From an uncultured Chloroflexia bacterium (lineage in GTDB: Bacteria; Chloroflexota; Dehalococcoidia; UBA2979): a stretch of DNA of 64,000 bases. Each line of letters begins with the position of its first letter. Within the stretch, counting starts at the first letter, position 1. Both the position numbers and the translations under genes were made by a program. The stretch is from NCBI GenBank assembly GCA_963728205.1, contig CAVSIV010000001.1, positions 960,001 to 1,024,000 on the forward strand. Direction: 5' to 3'. Positions 56,874 to 64,000 of the stretch are shown here, one piece after another. The notes below the pieces were generated by a model. That model worked only from the letters and a program-made list of their open reading frames with translations, made no database searches and had not been told where the DNA came from.

Positions 56874-57060
56874 CGTTGTCACCCGCGACGAGCACCGCGC
56901 GCATCGTGGTGGACCCGGCGCGCCGACCGCATTCTCGAACACCACCATCGTACGTGCTGGCCACGATGGTCGAGACCCGCGCGCGGGTCACGTACGATCT
57001 CGGCCGCGGCGAGGTGCAGGACGCACCCCGGGGACACGAGCCGGCGAAGCGGGCCAGCGT

Positions 57061-57810
57061 ATGAGCTCAACGACACGCACCTACTTCACATCCGTCGACG
57101 GCGCGCGCGTGCCGGCGGTATCCGTCGCCGAGATGCGCGAGGTCGACCGCATCGCCATCGCGGAGACGGGGCCGAGCCTGCTGCAGATGCTCGAGCACGC
57201 GGGCATGGCGCTCGCGCTGAGCGCGATCGAGATGCTCGGCGCGAGCTGGCGCGAGCGGCGCGTGACCGTGCTCGTCGGGACCGGCGGCAACGGCGCGGGC
57301 GGCGTGTGCGCGGCGCGTCACCTCGCGAACCGCGGCGTGCAGGTGCTGGTCGTGACGGTGCGCCCGCCCGCCGAGGCCGACGGCGCGCTCGGCCAGCAGT
57401 TCCTCGCGCTGGGGGAGTCGCCCGCGCGCGTCATCCGCGCGTGGGAGGCGTTCGACGTCTCGCAGGCCGACCTCGTGATCGACGCGGTGCTCGGCTACGG
57501 CCTCGACGGCGCGCCGCGCATCGGCCAGATGGCGCTGATCCGCGCGGCCAACGCTTCGACCGTCCCGGTGCTCTCGCTCGACGTGCCGTCGGGCATCGAC
57601 GGCGACGCCGGCGACGCGCCCGGCGTCGCGGTGCGCGCGGCGCGCACGCTCACGCTTGGCCTGCCGAAGCGCGGCCTGAACGAGACGAGCGCCGGCGAGC
57701 TGTGGCTCGCGGACCTGGGCATCCCCCCGGGCGTCTTCGCGCGCGCCGGGATCGCGTTCGCGCCGGTGTTCGGCGACTCGGACCGCGTGCGGTTGCGGTA
57801 CCCGCGGTAG
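57061..57810 (+). CDS. nnrE: NAD(P)H-hydrate epimerase (stand-alone YjeF_N)
   Basis: EMREVD, LEHAG, GTGGNGAGG, IDAVLGYG, SLDVPSG, LADLGIP. Confidence 0.88.
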   Translation: MSSTTRTYFTSVDGARVPAVSVAEMREVDRIAIAETGPSLLQMLEHAGMALALSAIEMLGASWRERRVTVLVGTGGNGAGGVCAARHLANRGVQVLVVTVRPPAEADGALGQQFLALGESPARVIRAWEAFDVSQADLVIDAVLGYGLDGAPRIGQMALIRAANASTVPVLSLDVPSGIDGDAGDAPGVAVRAARTLTLGLPKRGLNETSAGELWLADLGIPPGVFARAGIAFAPVFGDSDRVRLRYPR

Positions 57811-57851
57811 GGGCGAGGGGAAACCTCGGCGGCGGTGCGCCCGCCGTCCGC

Positions 57852-57878
57852 ATCGGCGGCGTGTCTGCCGCCGCTTGC
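57852..57878. repeat. Family A repeat, single arm
   Basis: atcggcggcgtgtctgccgccgcttgc between convergent genes. Confidence 0.78.
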
Positions 57879-57901
57879 GACGAACTGCCGGGCCGGTCGG
57901 G

Positions 57902-58861
57902 CTACCGCTGCACCTGGGGCAGCACCTCGGCCGCGATCAGCTCGAGCGTCGCGAAGTCGTCGTTCGCGTGGTGCTGCAGCATGATGCGCGACAGCCCCGC
58001 CTCCTCGCGCCGCCCGATCTCCTCGACGATCTCCGCCGGCGTCCCCACGAGCCAGCCGCGCTCGCGCATGCCGGCCAGGGCGGCGTCCGGCTCCTGCCGC
58101 TGCAGCATCGGGATCTTCTCGGCGATGCGGGCCAGGTGCGCGCGCTGCTCGGCCGCGTCGCGTCCGATCACGAACGCCGCCATCTGCGAGTGTCGGATCG
58201 TCGCGGGGTCACGGCCCACCTCCGCACAGTGCTGCTCGAGCACCGCGCGCTTGCGACGGTACGCGTCGACGTCGAGCCCGACGCCGTTCCACTCGTCGGC
58301 GTACCGCGCGACAATCCGCAGCGTGCGTCGCTCCCCGCTCCCGCCGACCAGCACGGGCAGCGGCCGCTGCGCCGGCTTTGGGAAGCACGTCGCGTCCTGG
58401 AGCTGGTAATAGCGCCCGTCGAAGTTCGCCGGCCCGTCCGACCACAGTGCCTTCACGACCTGGATCGACTCCTCGAGCCGGTCCATCCGCTCGCGGATCG
58501 GCGGGAAGGGCAGCCCGAACGCCTCGTGTTCCGGCACGTTCCAGCCCGCGCCCATCCCGAGGACGAACCGCCCACCGGAGAGCAGGTCGATCTGCGCGGC
58601 CATGCGCGCGAGCAGCGACGGGTGCCGGAACGTCATCGACGACACGAGCGGGCCGAAGCGGATGCGGCTGCTCTGCTCGGCGACGAGGACGAACGAGATG
58701 AACGTCTCGAGGGCGTCGCGCGTGCGCGGCCCGGAGAGCGAGAAGAAGTGGTCCGAGCGCCAGAGCGACTCGAAGCCCAGGTCCTCGGCGGCGCGGATGA
58801 TGCGGCGCCACAGGTCCCAGTTGAGGTCTTCCTGTCCCTCGATCATCACGCCGAGCTGCAT
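57902..58861 (-). CDS. LLM-class (probably F420-dependent) oxidoreductase
   Basis: IEGQE, GFESLWRSDHF, FRHP, LSGGR..LGMGAGW, VGGSGE, YADEWN. Confidence 0.9.
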   Translation of the reverse strand: MQLGVMIEGQEDLNWDLWRRIIRAAEDLGFESLWRSDHFFSLSGPRTRDALETFISFVLVAEQSSRIRFGPLVSSMTFRHPSLLARMAAQIDLLSGGRFVLGMGAGWNVPEHEAFGLPFPPIRERMDRLEESIQVVKALWSDGPANFDGRYYQLQDATCFPKPAQRPLPVLVGGSGERRTLRIVARYADEWNGVGLDVDAYRRKRAVLEQHCAEVGRDPATIRHSQMAAFVIGRDAAEQRAHLARIAEKIPMLQRQEPDAALAGMRERGWLVGTPAEIVEEIGRREEAGLSRIMLQHHANDDFATLELIAAEVLPQVQR

Positions 58862-58980
58862 CCGTGCCTCCTCCGTGCCGCGTGCGCGCGGCATGCTACC
58901 GCATTGCCCACCGTGGCCCCCCCGGGCGGCGTCCGCTTGAGCGCGACCGCCGCCCGCCGATACCATGGATGGCCTCCGGT

Positions 58981-59057
58981 GGCGCATTCGTCTAGTGGCC
59001 CAGGACATCGCCCTCTCAAGGCGGAGATCGCGGGTTCGAATCCCGCATGCGCCACCA
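58981..59057 (+). tRNA. tRNA-Glu(CTC)
   Basis: GGCGCAT/ATGCGCC acceptor, CT-CTC-AA loop, GGTTCGAATCC, ACCA end. Confidence 0.95.
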
Positions 59058-59071
59058 CCCGAGCGATCGAC

Positions 59072-59100
59072 AACGGCCCCCGCGACGGCGGGGGCCGTTT
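59072..59100 (+). terminator. Intrinsic terminator after tRNA-Glu
   Basis: aacggcccccgc-gacg-gcgggggccgttt. Confidence 0.8.
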
Positions 59101-59247
59101 CGTGCCTCCCGCGCCGCGGGCGCCCGCCGCCCGCGCGCGAATTCGCCATCCCCGGCGCGGGTCCTTCGGCCCTGTGCGTGCACCCGGCGCGGCGTGATCG
59201 TGATGTCACGACCCGCCGTGGCCGTCGCGCTGGGGAAGGGGAGACCG

Positions 59248-59688
59248 ATGTTCAGCCACATCGTCGTTCCGCTCGACGAGTCGGAGTACTCCGAGCGCGC
59301 GCTCACGTATGCCGAGCAGCTCGCCGCGCTCACCGACGCCGACATCAGCATCGTCACCGCGCTCACGCACCTCGGCACCGTCGAGGCGCCCGGGCTCGAG
59401 CGGCTCGACGCCATCGCTCGCGAGCGCGCCGAGCTGTACCTGCACAGGCGCGGCGACCGCGTCCGCGAGGCCGGCAGCAGGGTCGCCCGCGCCGAGGCGC
59501 GGTTCGGCGAGCCCGCGACCGTGATCACCGCCTTCGCCCGCGAGGTCGGCGCGGACCTCGTCGTGATGAGCACGCACGGCCTCGGTGCCGCGCGCCGCTA
59601 CGCCCTCGGCAGCGTCGCGATGAAGGTGCTCACCACGGCGCCGTGCCCGGTCTTGATGGTGCGGATCACCGAGCAGGGCTGCGCGTAG
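59248..59688 (+). CDS. Universal stress protein
   Basis: HIVVPLDES, GEP, DLVVMSTHG...LGSVA, PCPVLMV. Confidence 0.92.
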   Translation: MFSHIVVPLDESEYSERALTYAEQLAALTDADISIVTALTHLGTVEAPGLERLDAIARERAELYLHRRGDRVREAGSRVARAEARFGEPATVITAFAREVGADLVVMSTHGLGAARRYALGSVAMKVLTTAPCPVLMVRITEQGCA

Positions 59689-59743
59689 CGCCACGGCCGC
59701 GGCGGCACGCTGAGGCGCGGGCGATGGCGATGGAGGAGACACC

Positions 59744-60268
59744 GTGTTTCGTTCAGCGCTCCTGACCGTGGACGGCTCGGAGGTCGCCGCGGCGGCCATC
59801 GGGCAGCTTGCCAACGTCCTGCCGGGCGACGGGACGGCAATCGTCGTCGAGGTCGTCGACAGCCCCGGGCACATCCTGGCGCAGACGTCCCCGGCCGGCT
59901 TCGAGTACGGCGCGGCCGGGCTCAACCAGTCGGCCATCGATGCGCTGATCCACGAGCAGCGTGCCCTGGCAGCCGAGCACGTGGAGGCGGCGCGCACCCA
60001 GCTGCGCCACGCCGGCATCCGCGAGGTACGCACGCTGATCGTGGAGGGCGTGCCCGGCCCGGCGATCGTCGAGATCGCCGAGCGCGAGGGCGTCGACGTC
60101 GTCGTGATGGCGACGCACGGCCGCTCGGGGCTGCGACGGACGATGCTCGGCTCGGTGGCGGACTACGTCGTGCGGCACCTGCGCGGGGTGCCGGTGCTGC
60201 TCGTGCACCCCGAGGTCGAGGCGCGGCGCACGGTCGTGGCGCAGCCGCCAATCGTGGCCGCGCACTAG
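59744..60268 (+). CDS. Universal stress protein with insertion
   Basis: LLTVDGS, DVVVMATHGRSG..LGSVA, PVLLV; GTG start. Confidence 0.9.
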   Translation: MFRSALLTVDGSEVAAAAIGQLANVLPGDGTAIVVEVVDSPGHILAQTSPAGFEYGAAGLNQSAIDALIHEQRALAAEHVEAARTQLRHAGIREVRTLIVEGVPGPAIVEIAEREGVDVVVMATHGRSGLRRTMLGSVADYVVRHLRGVPVLLVHPEVEARRTVVAQPPIVAAH

Positions 60269-60304
60269 CCGCCGGGCTGCCCCCGGCGGCGATGGAGGCT
60301 CGCG

Positions 60305-61924
<1,620 letters not shown>

Positions 61925-61948
61925 GCACGCTGGTGGAGGAGGGTGCCG

Positions 61949-62467
61949 ATGTACCGCAAGGCCCTGGTTCCCACGGACGGATCGGAGCTGGCCGCCGCGG
62001 CGCTCTCCGAGGCGGCGCAGCTCGTCGGCCCCGGGGGCGAGGCGCTGGTGATCGAGGTCACCGACACGACCGACCACATCCTGGTGCAGACCACCCCGGC
62101 GGGATTCGACCTCGCGCCGGGCTACCTCAGCGTCGAGATTCTCGAGGACATCCTGCGCACGCAGCGCGAGGAGGCCGAGGAGCACGTGGCGGCTGCGCGG
62201 CGGACGCTCGAGGCGGCCGGCGTCGCGAAGGTGGAGACGCGCGTGATCCAGGGGCTGCCCGGCCCGCTGCTCGTCGACCTCGCGCGCAGCGAGGGCTGCG
62301 ACGTGGTCGTGATGGCGACGCACGGGCGGTCGGGGCTGCGCCGCGCGGTGCTGGGGTCCGTGGCCGATCACGTGATCCGCAATCTGCACGGCATCCCGGT
62401 CGTGCTCATCCACCCCGACGGCGAGGAGGCCGACGAGCCGGCGGCGGCGACGGCGGCCGCCCGGTAG
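61949..62467 (+). CDS. Universal stress protein with insertion (paralogue of 59744)
   Basis: LVPTDGS, DVVVMATHGRSG..LGSVA; RBS GGAGGAGG before ATG 61949. Confidence 0.92.
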   Translation: MYRKALVPTDGSELAAAALSEAAQLVGPGGEALVIEVTDTTDHILVQTTPAGFDLAPGYLSVEILEDILRTQREEAEEHVAAARRTLEAAGVAKVETRVIQGLPGPLLVDLARSEGCDVVVMATHGRSGLRRAVLGSVADHVIRNLHGIPVVLIHPDGEEADEPAAATAAAR

Positions 62468-62479
62468 GGCGCGTCCGAC

Positions 62480-62558
62480 GCAGGCGGCGGCATGCTGCCG
62501 CCGATGCCGCGGCGGGGTTGACGCCGCGGGGTATGGGCGGCATGTCTGCGACCGCTTG
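62480..62558. repeat. Family A repeat, degenerate
   Basis: gcggcggcatgctgccgccgat...ggcggcatgtctgcgaccgcttg between convergent genes. Confidence 0.6.
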
Positions 62559-62591
62559 ACGCACGCATCGCGGCGGCAGCGTGCGCTCCCG

Positions 62592-63992
62592 TCACGGCTC
62601 CGCTTCGTCGCGCCCGAGCGACCCCAGCAGCTCCAGCGCCAGCCCGCCCGACTCGAACACGGTCGTGCCCCACCGCAGCGCGTCGAGCAACGCGGAGACG
62701 CGACCCTCGCGGTCCGCGCCCGGCGGCGCGGTGTGCTCGATCACCCTCCGCGCGGCGTGGTGGAACGGAAGCGACGCCGGCCGCCCGATCAGCGCGTGCA
62801 GCACCGGCCGGAACGCCGCGTGGCCGGCGGCGATGAGGCCGTCGGCGGCGGTCCAGCGCACCGCGAAGTCGTCGTCCTCGAGGCGGCGTGCGAGCACCGG
62901 GATCGCCCGCGCGCCGTCGATGCGCCGGAGCGCCTCCACCGCGAACCAGCGCGTGTCGCGGTCCGCCGCGTCGGCGAGCGGCGTGAGCGCCGCGAGCGCC
63001 GTCGGGCCGAGCGCCACGGCGGCGTCGAGCGCCGCGTCGCGGCGGGCTGGGTCGTCCCGCGCGAGCAGGTCCGCGATCGCGCCCGGCGCCTCGACCGGGC
63101 CCAGCAGCGCGAGGTAGTCGCGCGTCAGGGCGCCGCGGCGCGCCGGGTCTGCCTCGGCGTCGACGGCCTCGCGCAAATGGTCGAGCGCGTCGAACGGCAG
63201 CGTGACGGCGGCGCGGGCGAGCACGTGCGCGGCGGCGGCGACCTCGCCGGTGGACCCGTGCCTGAGCTGCGCACGCAGCGCCGGGAGCATCGCCTCGCCC
63301 TCCGCGCGCGCGACTCGCGCCGGGGCCGGACGCGCGGGCGCCGCGATGAAGCCCTCGGGGCCGGCCAGCGGCACGAAGCGGCACGCCCCGAGCGACCGCT
63401 CCTCGGTGCCGAGTCGCGTGCGCGTGACGACGAGCAGCCGCTGCGCCCAGAGGCTTCCCACGGGCAGCACGAGCCGACCGCCGACCTTCAACTGCTCGAC
63501 GAGCGACGGCGGCACGCGCGGCGCCGCGGCCGTCACGACAATCGCGTCGTACGGCGCGCCGTCCGGCCACCCGGGCGTCCCGCCCGCGGCGACCACGTGC
63601 ACGTTGTCGGCGCCCAGCGCCCGCAGCCGTGACGCCGCCCGCTCGCGCAGCGTGTCGACGATCTCGACCGTCACCACGTCGTGCGCGAGCTCGGAGAGCA
63701 CGGCGGCCTGGTAACCCGAGCCGGTCCCGATCTCGAGCACGTGCTCGCGCCCGGTCGACAGCGCGAGCGCCTCGGTCATCAGCCCGACGACCGTCGGCTG
63801 CGAGATCGTCTGCCCCTCGCCGATCGGGAGCGCGACGTCGTCGTAGGCCTCGTGCTGCAGGTCCGCCGGGACGAAGCGGCGCCGCGGGACGCGGCCCATC
63901 GCGCGCAGCACGCGACGGTCGCGCACCGTCCATGCGACCGCCTCGACGAGCGCGTGGCGCTCGCGCTGCTCCCGGGCGATCGCGGCGTTCAC
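62592..63992 (-). CDS. pcm: Protein-L-isoaspartate O-methyltransferase fused to a HEAT-repeat domain
   Basis: VPRRRFVP, GQTISQP, LEIGTGSGYQAA, APYDAIVVTAA, GGRLVLPVG, RFVPL, then RWFAVEAL/VRWTAADGL HEAT repeats. Start lies at the window edge. Confidence 0.88.
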   Translation of the reverse strand: MNAAIAREQRERHALVEAVAWTVRDRRVLRAMGRVPRRRFVPADLQHEAYDDVALPIGEGQTISQPTVVGLMTEALALSTGREHVLEIGTGSGYQAAVLSELAHDVVTVEIVDTLRERAASRLRALGADNVHVVAAGGTPGWPDGAPYDAIVVTAAAPRVPPSLVEQLKVGGRLVLPVGSLWAQRLLVVTRTRLGTEERSLGACRFVPLAGPEGFIAAPARPAPARVARAEGEAMLPALRAQLRHGSTGEVAAAAHVLARAAVTLPFDALDHLREAVDAEADPARRGALTRDYLALLGPVEAPGAIADLLARDDPARRDAALDAAVALGPTALAALTPLADAADRDTRWFAVEALRRIDGARAIPVLARRLEDDDFAVRWTAADGLIAAGHAAFRPVLHALIGRPASLPFHHAARRVIEHTAPPGADREGRVSALLDALRWGTTVFESGGLALELLGSLGRDEAEP

Positions 63993-64000
63993 GCGACGGT

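Overview
Very GC-rich bacterial chromosomal segment. The gene content (many CaiB CoA-transferases, ferritin-like pair, F420-type LLM, PAC2, DUF1800/DUF1501) suggests Chloroflexota/Dehalococcoidia, which is inference only. It holds about 55 CDS and 8 tRNAs, all with encoded CCA. I recognised no rRNA, CRISPR array, integrase or transposase. Main blocks: (1) 1-11 kb, an acyl-CoA catabolic region whose core is a four-gene operon behind a near-consensus promoter: intact diiron ferritin-like subunit, ligand-less paralogue, FmdB Zn-ribbon, SCP2-like protein. (2) 15-24 kb, an OmpR/HK-linked envelope-modification cluster with an unusual PLP-aminotransferase::DUF2064 fusion and a molybdoenzyme with an internal twin-arginine motif. 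(3) A tRNA cluster next to a lower-GC GT-C gene. (4) xfp, vapBC, csbD, udgX and GGDEF-EAL genes. (5) lspA-rluD-gltX-tRNA-Gln. (6) usp-usp-groEL-usp with no groES, facing a Pcm-HEAT fusion. Three families of palindromic repeats are scattered through the window. Six reading-frame breaks can each be repaired by deleting a single base, which points to sequencing/assembly insertion errors; one of them creates a false LspA-RluD fusion.
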